Shown: positions 38,426 through 49,458 of the stretch, in pieces | Layout of the letters: each line of letters starts with the position of its first letter | Numbering within the stretch: position 1 is the stretch's first letter | Assembly (NCBI GenBank): GCA_012514865.1 | Contig: JAAYZO010000034.1 | Coordinates: 1-49,862 of the forward strand | DNA: 49,862 nt | Source of the DNA: Lentisphaerota bacterium | Lineage (GTDB): Bacteria > Verrucomicrobiota > Lentisphaeria > Oligosphaerales > JAFGRS01 | Reading direction: 5' to 3' | Program-made: the position numbers and the translations under genes | The notes under the pieces: generated by a model | Told to the model about the DNA's origin: nothing | Databases searched by the model: none | Seen by the model: only the letters and a program-made list of their open reading frames with translations

Positions 38426-39589
38426 ATGCTGCCGTATGTTGCGCCGAAGCTGACGGCGTTGTGGGGCCCTTTCCGGCTCTTCGAGTCCTATCTGGTGCTG
38501 ATTGGCCTGGGCACGTTGCTGGCGGCCTTTCTATCGTGGTGGCTGCTGCCGCGGTTCTTCCGGCGTCTGCCGCGGGATCAGGGCAAGCCGTTTGTGAAGG
38601 AGGGCGAGGAGGCGAAGGGCAAGCCGACCGGCGCCGGCGTGGTCTTCACGGTGGTCTTTCTGGTGGTTCTGGCGCTGGTGCTGCCGTCGTCGCTGCAGTT
38701 GTGGGAACTGGCGGCCTGTCTGTTCCTGGTGATGCTGGCCGGCCTGGGCGACGACTGCAGCACGCACCACTGGGGTGAACTCCTGAAGGGCAGCCTGGAC
38801 CTCGTGGTGGCGTTTCTGGCGAGTCTGGCGCTGTGTCAGGGCGAGGCGGTGACCCTGTGGTGGCCGTTGGTGAAGGGCGCCGCCGCCGACGGCAGTTTTG
38901 TGGTGCCGGTGTGGGTGTACGTGCCGATGGCGACGGTGCTGCTGTGGTGGACGATCAACGCCACGAACTGCACCGACGGGGTCGACGGCCTGGCCGGGTC
39001 GCTGACGCTGCTGTCGCTGTTCTTCCTGGGCGCCTTTCTCTATGGCATCATCGGCCACGTGGAGGTGGCGCGGTACCTGCTCCTGCCGCACCGTGCCGAC
39101 GGGGCGCGCTGGGGCATCCTGATCTTCACGGCGGCCGGCGGCCTGGCCGGCTACGTCTGGCACAACGCCAAACCGAGCGCCGTGCTGATGGGCGACGCCG
39201 GGTCGCGCTTTCTGGGGCTGCTGGTCGGCATGGCCGTGCTGGCCTCGGGGAATCCGTTCATGGTGCTGGTGGTCTCGCCGGTGGTCCTGCTGAACGGCGG
39301 CACCGGCCTGGTGAAGGTGCTGCTGCTGCGCGGTTTCGGCAGGCTGGGCTTCGACGTCCGGCCGCCGGCACGGAATATCGTCAACGCCTCGACGCAGCAC
39401 GCGGCGAGCGAGGCGGACGAGGCGCGTCAGGCGATGGTGGTGCGCTTCCTGCACCGGTATCGCTTCCCGTTGCACGACCACTGCCGCAAACGCCTGAATT
39501 GGTCCGATCCGCAGGTGCTGGTGCGCTTCATGCTCATCCAGGCCCTGCTGACGCCGGTGCTGATGGGCCTGCTGGTGAAACTGCGCTGA
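38426..39589 (+). CDS. MraY-like phospho-sugar (phospho-MurNAc-pentapeptide-type) transferase, polyprenyl-phosphate glycosyltransferase family 4
   Basis: 387 aa with an AAGGAG RBS. MraY-type blocks: KGKPTGAGVV, GLGDDCS, NATNCTDGVDGLAG, MGDAGSRFLG and a C-terminal FPLHDHCRKRLNWSDPQVLVRFMLI (compare [24 protein letters not shown]). Confidence 0.65.
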   Translation: MLPYVAPKLTALWGPFRLFESYLVLIGLGTLLAAFLSWWLLPRFFRRLPRDQGKPFVKEGEEAKGKPTGAGVVFTVVFLVVLALVLPSSLQLWELAACLFLVMLAGLGDDCSTHHWGELLKGSLDLVVAFLASLALCQGEAVTLWWPLVKGAAADGSFVVPVWVYVPMATVLLWWTINATNCTDGVDGLAGSLTLLSLFFLGAFLYGIIGHVEVARYLLLPHRADGARWGILIFTAAGGLAGYVWHNAKPSAVLMGDAGSRFLGLLVGMAVLASGNPFMVLVVSPVVLLNGGTGLVKVLLLRGFGRLGFDVRPPARNIVNASTQHAASEADEARQAMVVRFLHRYRFPLHDHCRKRLNWSDPQVLVRFMLIQALLTPVLMGLLVKLR

Positions 39590-39594
39590 GGCGG

Positions 39595-39689
39595 CAGGGA
39601 GCGGGGAGCGGGGAGCGGGGAGCGGGGAGCGGGGAGCAGGGAGCAGGGAGCGGGGAGCCGGGAGCAGGGAGCGGGGAGCGGGGAGCAGG
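39595..39689. repeat. Tandem array, about 13.5 x 7 bp (CGGGGAG / CAGGGAG)
   Basis: Counted. It begins 6 nt after the mraY-like stop and runs directly into the 9-bp array. Confidence 0.95.
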
Positions 39690-39797
39690 GTCTGACAGGT
39701 CCGACACGTCCGACACGTCCGACAGGTCTGACAGGTCTGACAAGTCCGACAGGTCTGACAAGTCCGACAGGTCTGACAGATCTGACCGGTCTGACCG
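39690..39797. repeat. Tandem array, 12 x 9 bp (GTCTGACAG / GTCCGACAG / GTCCGACAC)
   Basis: Counted unit by unit. It ends 20 nt before the stop of the convergent permease gene. Confidence 0.95.
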
Positions 39798-39816
39798 GCC
39801 CGGCGGGGTGCCGAGG

Positions 39817-41100
39817 CTACTCGTGTCTCAGGGCGTCGATGGGGTTGAGGGCGGCGGCGCGGAGGGCCGGGTAGAGTCCGAAGAGCACGCCGGTGAGCAT
39901 GGAGATGCCGAAGGCGAGGACGAGGGCATCGGAGCGCACGATGGTCTTCATGCCGGAGGCCTGGGTGACGATGGCGGGCACAGCCAGGCCGAGGGCGACG
40001 CCGAGCAGGCCGCCGGCCAGGGAGAGCAGGAGGGCCTCGGCGAGGAACTGCAGGACGATATCCTTGCGGGTGGCGCCGAGGGCGCGGCGGATGCCGATCT
40101 CGTGGGTGCGCTCGGTGACGCTGGCGAGCATGATATTCATGATGCCGATGCCGCCGACGAGAAGGCTGATGGCGGCGATGCTGCCGAGGACGATGCTGAA
40201 CATGCGCTTGGTGGCCTCGGCCTGCTTGAGCAGCTCGAGCGGTATGATCATCTCGAAGTCCTTGTCCTTGTGGAAGTGCTCGAGCAGCGAGCGCACCGCC
40301 TCGGCGACGGGGAGGACATCTTCGTCGCGGGCGGTGGTGAGGGTCAGTTCGTGCAGTTCGACCTGTTCGGCCTGGAACGACCCGGTCTCGCGGCGCACCA
40401 GGACCTCGCCGAAGCGCGCCCGGGCGGCGCTGATGGGGATGAAGGCTTCGTGGACGTCCTTGGCCTCCGAGGCCTTGCCGGCCTCGGCGGCGGGCCTGCC
40501 GCGTTGTCCGACGATGCCGACGACGACGTAGGCCTGGCTGCCGAGGAAGACCGTCTGGCCGAGGGGCACGTCGAGGGGGAAGAGTTCGCGGGCGGCGCTG
40601 TCGCTGAGGACGACGACGTTGTCGACCGCCTCCATATCGGCGGGGGCGATGAAGCGTCCCTTCAGGAGCGTCATCTGGCTGTCCTCGAGGTACCACGGCA
40701 CCGTGCCGACGATGCGGCCGGGCAGGCGGACCGAGCCGCGTCGGAGGAAGTCGGCGATGACGCGGGCGGGGACCTGGACGCGGACGGTCGGGAGGAGGGT
40801 CCGGATGCGTGTGGCGTCGTCGTAGGTGATGCCGTAGACGCTGAGGTTCTGGTTGGTGGGGGTGGTGGATGCCGACTGGGTGGGCTTGCGTGAGCGCAGG
40901 ATGATGTTGGTGCTGCCCATGGCGCGGATCTGCTCGCGGGCCTCGTAGCTGGCGCCCTCGCCGATGGCCAGCATGGCGATGACGCTGCTGACGCCGAAGA
41001 TGATGCCGAGGGCGGTCAGGAAGCTGCGCAGCTTGTGGTCGATGAGGCTGCGGGCGCCGAGCTTGACCATGCGTTTGATGTTGGGCAGTGTCAGGGTCAT
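39817..41100 (-). CDS. ABC transporter permease, MacB/FtsX-like
   Basis: 427 aa with an N-terminal TM, a large periplasmic domain and a C-terminal FtsX-type 3-TM bundle (...GGIGIMNIMLASVTERTHEIGIRRALGA...). Its ATG overlaps the upstream stop (ATGA). Confidence 0.85.
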   Translation of the reverse strand: MTLTLPNIKRMVKLGARSLIDHKLRSFLTALGIIFGVSSVIAMLAIGEGASYEAREQIRAMGSTNIILRSRKPTQSASTTPTNQNLSVYGITYDDATRIRTLLPTVRVQVPARVIADFLRRGSVRLPGRIVGTVPWYLEDSQMTLLKGRFIAPADMEAVDNVVVLSDSAARELFPLDVPLGQTVFLGSQAYVVVGIVGQRGRPAAEAGKASEAKDVHEAFIPISAARARFGEVLVRRETGSFQAEQVELHELTLTTARDEDVLPVAEAVRSLLEHFHKDKDFEMIIPLELLKQAEATKRMFSIVLGSIAAISLLVGGIGIMNIMLASVTERTHEIGIRRALGATRKDIVLQFLAEALLLSLAGGLLGVALGLAVPAIVTQASGMKTIVRSDALVLAFGISMLTGVLFGLYPALRAAALNPIDALRHE

Positions 41101-41813
41101 CGTCGTGCCTGCGGGAGGGTCTCGTCGCTCTCGACGGCGCCGTCGCTGACGCTCAGGATGCGCTGGGCGTGTTCGGCGATGCGTCGTTCGTGGGTGACCA
41201 GGATGATGGTGCGGCCCTGGGCGGAGAGCTCGTCGAGGATCCGCATGATTTCGGTGCCGGTTTTCGAGTCGAGGTTCCCGGTCGGCTCGTCGGCGAGGAT
41301 GACGCTGGGGTCGTTGGCGAGGGCGCGGGCGATCGCGACGCGCTGGCGCTGTCCGCCGGAGAGCTCCGGCGGGCGGTGCCGGAGGCGGTGGCCGAGGCCG
41401 ACACGTTCGGCCAGCTCGGTGGCGCGCTGGCGGCTCTCGCGTTCGTGGCGGCCCTGGTAGAAGAGCGGCACCTCGATGTTCTCCAGAACCGATATCTGCG
41501 GAATCAGGTTGAACGACTGGAAGATGAAGCCGAAGCGGGTCCGACGCAGGGCGCTGAGCTGGTCGTCGTCGAGTTTCGCCACGTCGATGCCCTCGACCAG
41601 GTACTGGCCGTGTGTCGGCGTGTCCAGGCAGCCGAGGATGTTCAGCAGGGTCGACTTGCCCGAGCCGCTGGAGCCCATGATCGAGAGGTACTCGCCCCGA
41701 CGCAGCACGAAGGATATCCCGCGCAGGGCGTGCACGACACTGTCGCCCATGGGGTAGTCCTTAGTGAGGTCGACCATGCGGATGACCTCGTCGGAGGCGG
41801 TGGCCGTGCTCAT
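41097..41813 (-). CDS. ABC transporter ATP-binding protein (MacB/LolD-type)
   Basis: Walker A GSSGSGKST, signature LSGGQRQRVAIARAL, Walker B ILADEPTGNLD. Confidence 0.92.
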   Translation of the reverse strand: MSTATASDEVIRMVDLTKDYPMGDSVVHALRGISFVLRRGEYLSIMGSSGSGKSTLLNILGCLDTPTHGQYLVEGIDVAKLDDDQLSALRRTRFGFIFQSFNLIPQISVLENIEVPLFYQGRHERESRQRATELAERVGLGHRLRHRPPELSGGQRQRVAIARALANDPSVILADEPTGNLDSKTGTEIMRILDELSAQGRTIILVTHERRIAEHAQRILSVSDGAVESDETLPQARR

Positions 41814-43393
41814 GAGCGGCCGGGCTCCTTCCCCTGGGTGGCGCCCTTGGTCGGCTCGCCCCGGGTTGGCTGGGCCATGCGGATGACCTCGCCCTCGGCG
41901 AGGCCCTCTTCGATGGCGATGAAGATGCGGTTGCGTTTGCCGATGCGGACCGGCACCGGGGTGCCGTCGGGGCGGTAGACCCAGTGCTTGCCCTCGTCGT
42001 CGGTGCGCACGCTCTGGATCGGCACCTGCAGGACGCTCTCGAGGCGCTCCGAGAGGATCTCGACGGTGGCGGTCAGGCCGGGGCGCAGGGCGGCGTCCTT
42101 CTCGTGGATCAGGATCTTCACCTCGTAGACCTTCAGATCCGGGTTCAGCCAGCGGTCCTGGCTGCTGGGGATGACGCCCTTCTTGTCGACGATGCCGGTG
42201 AAGGTCCTTCCGGGCACGGCGTCGATGCGGATGACGGCCGACTGTTTCTCGAGGATGGCGTCGATCTGGGCCTCATGGACGCGGATGATGACGGCCATGC
42301 GGTTGAGGTTGGGGAGCATGATGATGCGCTGCTTGGGCCGGATCTCGGTGCCTTCGCGGATGGGTCCCTTATTCTCCCACCGTGCCGGTTCCTGGTAGAT
42401 GACGAAGCCGGGGTGGGTGGCGCGGATGACGCACTTCTCGATATTCTGACGGTGTTCATCGAGGCGGCTCGTGGCGCGTTTGAAGGCGCTCTCGCGGGAG
42501 CGGAGCTGGGCCTCGGCCTGAGCGCGCCGCGAGCGCGCCACGGCCTGCGCGCGGACGAGCTTCTCCTCGCCCTCGAGGAGGGCCGCCCAGGTCTTCTGGA
42601 AGTCGCGCACGAAGTCGTAGCGACGGTAGATCTGCAGCTTCTCCTCGGCGCTCTCGACATTGAGCTGCTGCGTGCGCACGTCCAGCTCGTCGGTCTCCAG
42701 CTCGTTCTTGCTGACGTACTGCTTCTCGAAGAGCCGCCGGGTGTACTTCAGCTTCTCCTCGGCGCGGCTGAGCTTGATCTTGGCCAGCTCGATATCGCTG
42801 CGGCGGCTGCGCAGGTCCTCGCGCGTCTGGCCGCCGAGGGCGTCGTCGTCGAGCAGGGCGCCGATATCTGCGGGGGGCTCGGCCATGACGCGCTCGGCGA
42901 GGGTGTCGCCGACGAGTCGGCGCAGGTCGTTGCGGGCGTAGGTGACACTCAGCTCGGCGCCGCGGATGCTGCTCTCGTTGTCGCTCTGCTGGATGGTGAG
43001 CTGCTCGGTGGCGTCGGTGAACGAGGCGCGGGTGCTCTCCAGGTCGCTCTCGAGCTGGTAGAGCTGGTCCTCGAGGCTGCTCGAGTCGAAGCGCACGATG
43101 ACGCGGCCCTTCTCGACATCCTCCTCGGTGATGGTGGAGCCCTCCTCGACAATCTCAAGGATCTTCAGGACGTGCGGGACGTCGCTGGAGATGTCGATCG
43201 AGTCGGCGGCCTCGAGGTTGCCGGTCTCAACCACGGTGATGTCCAGCGGTCCGCGGGTGACCGTATAGGTGCTCTCCTGGGGCGCCGTGGTCTGCCGTCG
43301 GCAGGCGGTGAGGGCGCCGATGAGGAGGGCGGCGGCGACGAGGGTCAGGCCGGCGCGCGCGGGGGTATGCAGGGCAGGTCGACAGGCGGTCAT
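41810..43393 (-). CDS. Periplasmic adaptor (HlyD/MacA family) lipoprotein with long coiled-coil hairpin
   Basis: 527 aa with a lipobox LTAC, an extended heptad-rich middle and a C-terminal beta-barrel/MP domain. ATGA overlaps occur at both ends. Confidence 0.8.
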   Translation of the reverse strand: MTACRPALHTPARAGLTLVAAALLIGALTACRRQTTAPQESTYTVTRGPLDITVVETGNLEAADSIDISSDVPHVLKILEIVEEGSTITEEDVEKGRVIVRFDSSSLEDQLYQLESDLESTRASFTDATEQLTIQQSDNESSIRGAELSVTYARNDLRRLVGDTLAERVMAEPPADIGALLDDDALGGQTREDLRSRRSDIELAKIKLSRAEEKLKYTRRLFEKQYVSKNELETDELDVRTQQLNVESAEEKLQIYRRYDFVRDFQKTWAALLEGEEKLVRAQAVARSRRAQAEAQLRSRESAFKRATSRLDEHRQNIEKCVIRATHPGFVIYQEPARWENKGPIREGTEIRPKQRIIMLPNLNRMAVIIRVHEAQIDAILEKQSAVIRIDAVPGRTFTGIVDKKGVIPSSQDRWLNPDLKVYEVKILIHEKDAALRPGLTATVEILSERLESVLQVPIQSVRTDDEGKHWVYRPDGTPVPVRIGKRNRIFIAIEEGLAEGEVIRMAQPTRGEPTKGATQGKEPGRS

Positions 43394-45048
43394 GGCGTGG
43401 CTCCGTCCGGGACAGTCTGGAGGGCCAGGGCCGGCGACCAGAGGGTATCCGGCTCGGTCGGCAACTGCTCCAGTTGGTACATCAGCCGCAGCCAGGTCAT
43501 GCGATGCTGCACCAGGGCTACGGTCAGGGCATTCTCGGCGGCGATCAGGGAGTCCTGGGCGTCGAGGACCTCGCGGATGTTGATGCGGCCGGCCTGGAAG
43601 AGCAGCTCGGTGCTCTCGACGCGCTGCCGGGCCAGGTCGACGCTGAGGCGCTGGATCTGGTGGTTCTGTTCCGACGAGCGCAGGCGCCGCCAGGCGCTGC
43701 GCAGGTCGGCGATGATCTGGTCGCGGGCCTGGTCGACGGCGCGGGCGCGCTGGTCGGCGCTGATGAGGGCCTGGCGGTGCGCGATCAGCTCGTCGGTGCG
43801 GTCCAGGGGCAGCTCGCCGCCGAGACGGACGGTGTAGTCGCCGCGGTCGAGGGCGAGGCTGCGGAGGTGGTCGTCGCTGGGGCTGCTGGCGCGGCCGGCG
43901 AGGGTGACATCGAGGCGGGCGCGCAGGGCATCGGCGGTGATGCGGACCTGGCGTTCGGCGTCGGCCTGACGGTCGCGGGTGGTGGCCCAGTCGAGGCGGT
44001 GGGCGAGGGCGTAGGCGGCCGCCTGCTCGAACTCCATCGGCGGCCGCGGCAGGGCCGCCTTGGCGAGCTGCTCGAGGTCGCCGCGCTCCAGCTCGATGGG
44101 GATCTCGATGGGCAGGCCGAGGGCCTGCTTGAGGGTGTCCTTGCTGGCTTCGTAGGCTTCCTCACGGGCGATCAGCGAGGCCTGCGCGTCGAGCTCGCGC
44201 TGGCGTGCCTGGTCGACCTGGAAGAGCGGCACCCGGCCGGACTCGGCCATGGCCTCGGAACGCTCGCGCGAGTCGCGCAGGTTGCGGTGGTTGCGGCGGG
44301 CGATCTCGAGGCTGTCGAGGGCGCTGAGGACGGCGTAGTAGTCGTCAGCCAGGGTGATCAGGAGGCGCTTGCGTTCGCGCACGAAGGTACGCAGGGCATA
44401 GACGAGGTTGCGTTCGGCCTGCGTCAGGGGCTCGCGGATGGCCTCGCGGTTGGAGCCGGCGAGGAGGGGCTGGGTGAGGCTGACATCGGCGAGGGTGCCG
44501 AGGCTGACCTCGCGGTCGCCGCTGAGGTAGCGCAGGCTGTAGAAGGCGAGCGAGCCGGTGAGGCGGGCGCCGGAGAGGAAGCGTCGGCTGACGCCGGCAT
44601 CGGCGTCGAGGTCGGCGCGGGTGTCGGGGCCGGCCAGGTTGCGGCCGACCAGGGCGCTGAACGAGCTGGCCGGTATCCAATCCCAGTCATGGCGTGCCGA
44701 GACCAGGCTGAGGGCCTGGCGGTAGAGGTCTTCGCGGGCATTCTGGTAGTCGCGGCTGTGGCGGGCGCCGAGGGCGAGGGTCTGGCGCAGGTCGAGGTGG
44801 AGGGCCTCGACGCCCTCGGGCAGGGCGAAGCGCTCGTAGGGCTCCAGGCGCAGGTCCTCCGGCGCGCTGTCGCTGAACTCCTGGCGCTGGACGGCCTCGA
44901 GCGCCTCGGCGGTGCGCCGTTCGAGGCGCTGCAGCCGGGTCGCGGTACGGCACCCCGCCAGGGCGAGGTTCAGGCCGACCAGGGCGGCCAGGCCGAGGCG
45001 GGCGCCGCGACTGCCGACGCGTGAGGTTGGCTTCGAGAGGGTCTTCAC
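43390..45048 (-). CDS. TolC-family outer membrane efflux lipoprotein
   Basis: Start set at GTG 45048 (VKTLSKP...LNLALAGC lipobox). It has two tandem OEP-type repeats rich in coiled helices (…RDYQNAREDLYRQALSL…, …ELLFQAGRINIREVLDAQDSLIAAENAL…). Confidence 0.8.
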   Translation of the reverse strand: MKTLSKPTSRVGSRGARLGLAALVGLNLALAGCRTATRLQRLERRTAEALEAVQRQEFSDSAPEDLRLEPYERFALPEGVEALHLDLRQTLALGARHSRDYQNAREDLYRQALSLVSARHDWDWIPASSFSALVGRNLAGPDTRADLDADAGVSRRFLSGARLTGSLAFYSLRYLSGDREVSLGTLADVSLTQPLLAGSNREAIREPLTQAERNLVYALRTFVRERKRLLITLADDYYAVLSALDSLEIARRNHRNLRDSRERSEAMAESGRVPLFQVDQARQRELDAQASLIAREEAYEASKDTLKQALGLPIEIPIELERGDLEQLAKAALPRPPMEFEQAAAYALAHRLDWATTRDRQADAERQVRITADALRARLDVTLAGRASSPSDDHLRSLALDRGDYTVRLGGELPLDRTDELIAHRQALISADQRARAVDQARDQIIADLRSAWRRLRSSEQNHQIQRLSVDLARQRVESTELLFQAGRINIREVLDAQDSLIAAENALTVALVQHRMTWLRLMYQLEQLPTEPDTLWSPALALQTVPDGATP

Positions 45049-45360
45049 GGAATGCCTTACGCTGCCTATCGGGAACCACAACGAGCTGTGCCAACGACGG
45101 CGGGCCGAAGGCGTGACGCCTGGCCGCGCTCGCCCGGGGCGCCATGGCCTGTTCCTGGACGCGTTGCCGATTGTCGCCGCTCCCGGGCTCTCCGTCCGGT
45201 GTGACACCACTGGGCATAACGGCCGATGGGCGCCGCGCATTGGGGGCTGGGGCGGAGTTCGCGAAGCCTGTCGGCGGAGTTACAGTACGGCCCTACGGCC
45301 GCGGTCGCGGCGAGTTCGCGGGATGGGAGTTCGGGCGGACGTGTTTGGAGAGATCTGACG

Positions 45361-46887
<1,527 letters not shown>

Positions 46888-46892
46888 AGACC

Positions 46893-48218
46893 ATGCCGAA
46901 GCTGATCATCCAGGAAGGCTACCGCCTGGTCGGCGAGTTCACCATCCCGGCGGGGGAGACCGTCATCGGCCGCAGCGAGGACTGCGGCCTGGTCCTGGCG
47001 CCCCAGGGCGTCTCGCGACGCCATGTCGCGGTGCGGCGCGAGGACGACCGCGTCGTCCTCGAGGACCTCGGCAGCCGCAATGGCACCTTCCTCAACGGCG
47101 TGCCGGTCACCGAGCCCTCGGCGCTCAAGCACATGGACGTCATCCAGATGGGCGACGCCATGCTGATCTACAACGACGCCGACGTCGACGGCCGCGAGCA
47201 CACCGTGGCCGGCGAGGTGGCGCCCGAGGAGAGTGACAAGGCGCCGCGCGACCTCGGCTACCTCAAGCAGGTCGTCGAGACCCTCTGCCGCAATGTCGCC
47301 CTGGTGGTGCGCGGCAAGGACGAGGTCATCCTCAAGGTCGTGGTGGCGCTCCTCAGCGACGGGCATGTGCTCCTGGAGGACCTCCCCGGCGTCGGCAAGA
47401 CCAAGCTGGCGCAGGCCCTGGCGAAGTCGCTGCGCACCGGCTTCAAGCGCATCCAGTTCACGCCCGACATGCTGCCCTCGGATGTGACCGGCGTGAATGT
47501 CTACGACGAGCAGGCCGGCCAGTTCGCCTTCATACCCGGCCCGATCTTCGCCAATGTCATCCTCGCCGACGAGATCAACCGCGGCACGCCGCGGGTGCAG
47601 TCCAGCCTGCTGGAGTGCATGAGCGAGTCGATGGTGACGGTCGACGGCCGCAGCTACGCCCTGCGCAAGCCGTTCTTCGTGATTGCCACGCAGAACCCGG
47701 TCGAGTTCCATGGCACCTACCCATTGCCCGAGGCGCAGCTCGACCGCTTCCTGATGCGTCTGCGCATGGGCTACCCGGAGGCATCGGTCGAGCAGGACAT
47801 CCTCAGCAGCCAGGTCTCCAGCCACCCGATCAACAGCATCCGCCAGGTGGTCAACGCCACCGACATCCTGCGCTGTCAGGCCCTGGCCCGCAGCGTCCAT
47901 GTCTCGGCGGCGGTGCGCGACTACATCGTGACCCTGGTCGGCGCCACGCGGCAGCACCCGGCACTGAACTACGGCGCCAGCCCGCGCGCGGCGCTGGCCC
48001 TGATGCACACCGGCCAGTCGCTGGCGGCGGCGCAGGGCCGCGACTATGTCCTGCCGCGCGACGTCCGCGACCTGGCGGTGGATGTCCTCGGGCACCGCCT
48101 GCCGCTGAAGATGCAGGCGCGCGCCGAGTTCGGCAGTGCCGAGCAGGTGGTCCGCACGATTCTGGAGAAGCATCCGGTCGAGCGTTGGGAGTCGAGTCGC
48201 AGGAACGGATCCGGCTGA
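46893..48218 (+). CDS. FHA domain fused to MoxR-family AAA+ ATPase
   Basis: N-terminal FHA signature (VIGRSEDCGLVL....VSRRHV......V.LEDLGSRNGTFLNG), then the MoxR core (EDLPGVGKTKLAQALA Walker A, ILADEINRGTPRVQS Walker B, ATQNPVEFHGTYPLPEAQLDRF). Confidence 0.85.
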   Translation: MPKLIIQEGYRLVGEFTIPAGETVIGRSEDCGLVLAPQGVSRRHVAVRREDDRVVLEDLGSRNGTFLNGVPVTEPSALKHMDVIQMGDAMLIYNDADVDGREHTVAGEVAPEESDKAPRDLGYLKQVVETLCRNVALVVRGKDEVILKVVVALLSDGHVLLEDLPGVGKTKLAQALAKSLRTGFKRIQFTPDMLPSDVTGVNVYDEQAGQFAFIPGPIFANVILADEINRGTPRVQSSLLECMSESMVTVDGRSYALRKPFFVIATQNPVEFHGTYPLPEAQLDRFLMRLRMGYPEASVEQDILSSQVSSHPINSIRQVVNATDILRCQALARSVHVSAAVRDYIVTLVGATRQHPALNYGASPRAALALMHTGQSLAAAQGRDYVLPRDVRDLAVDVLGHRLPLKMQARAEFGSAEQVVRTILEKHPVERWESSRRNGSG

Positions 48219-49441
48219 TGCTGCCCTTGCGTCCGACAGCGCGTGGCTGGGTGGTGGCCCTGGCGGGTGTCGCCTGGCTGCTGGTGGCCATCGTCAACCG
48301 CATGGTGTTCCCGTTCATCATGGGCTGCGCCGCCCTGGCCCTGGTCGCCGCCAGCCTGGTCAGCAGCGTCGTCTCGCTGTGGGGCATACGGCTGCGCCGT
48401 GAGCCCTGCGGCGATGCCGCCTGCGGCGAGGCGGTGAGCCTGCCCCTGACCATCGAGAACCGCCGGCCGCGGCGGCGGCAGCCCCTGGTCATCCTCGAGA
48501 CGATTCCCTTCGCCGGCGAGCTGAACCTGCGCACGGTGGTGCCGCCCCTGTCGGCGCGCGAGCAGCGCCTGGTGCCGCGGCGGGTGCTGGCCCTGCAGCG
48601 CGGCGAGTTCCGCCTCAGCCGGCTGTCCCTGCGCGGCGGCGACCCGGCCGGGCTCTTCTGCCGCGAACGTCGCCTGGACCTCCCGGCGGCCATGCTTGTC
48701 TATCCCGGCACGGAACCGGTGCCGGATCTGCTCCTGCAGCAGAGCGAAAGCCTCGGCGCCGTCGCCGCCAGCCCGGTGAGCGCTGCCGGCATGAGCCAGG
48801 ACTTCTACGGCGTGCGTGAGTACCACCCCATGGATGGTCTGCGTTACATCCACTGGAAGAGCACGGCGCGTTCGGGCCGGCTGATGGTCCGCGAGTTCGA
48901 GCGCAACGCGGTGATGTCGGTGGCCATCCTCGTCGATGCGCACGAGCACTTCGTCAGCAGCCACGGGCAGACCTCGAATCTGGAGTACCAGATCCGCGCC
49001 GCCGCCTCGATCTGCCGGCATTGCGCCGGGCTCTACTGCAGCCTGGCCTTCGCGGCCGCCGGGGCCGGCTCCAGCATGGTCCGACCGGCCTTGGCCAGCG
49101 ATGCCCATGACGACATCATGGTCCACCTGGCGACCCTGAAGCCGGGGCCGCAGGCCCTAGCGCCGGCCGCCTACGAGCTGGTGCGGACGCTGCCGCGCCA
49201 GACGGTGGTCTTCTGCTTCAGCCTGGCGGCGCCGCGGGACCTCGCCGAGGCCTTGCAGGTGTTCGTCGAGCAGGGCATGCAGGTGCGCTGGTACTGCGCC
49301 CGCCGTGATGTGTTCGACAGCGCCCGCGGCCGGCGTTCGCGGTCGCCGTCGGCGGCCGCCCGGCAGGCCGGCGACCTGGTGCCGGCCGAGCTGGCGCCGG
49401 GCATGGGCCTGGACAAGGCCCTCGTCTGGACGGGTTCGTGA
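48218..49441 (+). CDS. DUF58 domain protein (MoxR-operon partner)
   Basis: Two N-terminal TM helices, then ...DFYGVREYHPMDGLRYIHWKSTARSGRLMVREFE, typical of DUF58. The ATG overlaps the moxR stop (TGATG). Confidence 0.8.
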   Translation: MLPLRPTARGWVVALAGVAWLLVAIVNRMVFPFIMGCAALALVAASLVSSVVSLWGIRLRREPCGDAACGEAVSLPLTIENRRPRRRQPLVILETIPFAGELNLRTVVPPLSAREQRLVPRRVLALQRGEFRLSRLSLRGGDPAGLFCRERRLDLPAAMLVYPGTEPVPDLLLQQSESLGAVAASPVSAAGMSQDFYGVREYHPMDGLRYIHWKSTARSGRLMVREFERNAVMSVAILVDAHEHFVSSHGQTSNLEYQIRAAASICRHCAGLYCSLAFAAAGAGSSMVRPALASDAHDDIMVHLATLKPGPQALAPAAYELVRTLPRQTVVFCFSLAAPRDLAEALQVFVEQGMQVRWYCARRDVFDSARGRRSRSPSAAARQAGDLVPAELAPGMGLDKALVWTGS

Positions 49442-49458
49442 GGGATTGAGCCGTGGCG

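Noticed and set aside
45049-45360. A riboswitch or T-box leader in the 312-bp divergent spacer upstream of lysS.
   Set aside because: I could not recognise L-box or T-box conserved cores (no specifier/T-box sequence and no lysine-riboswitch helices) by eye. A covariance-model search would be needed to settle this.
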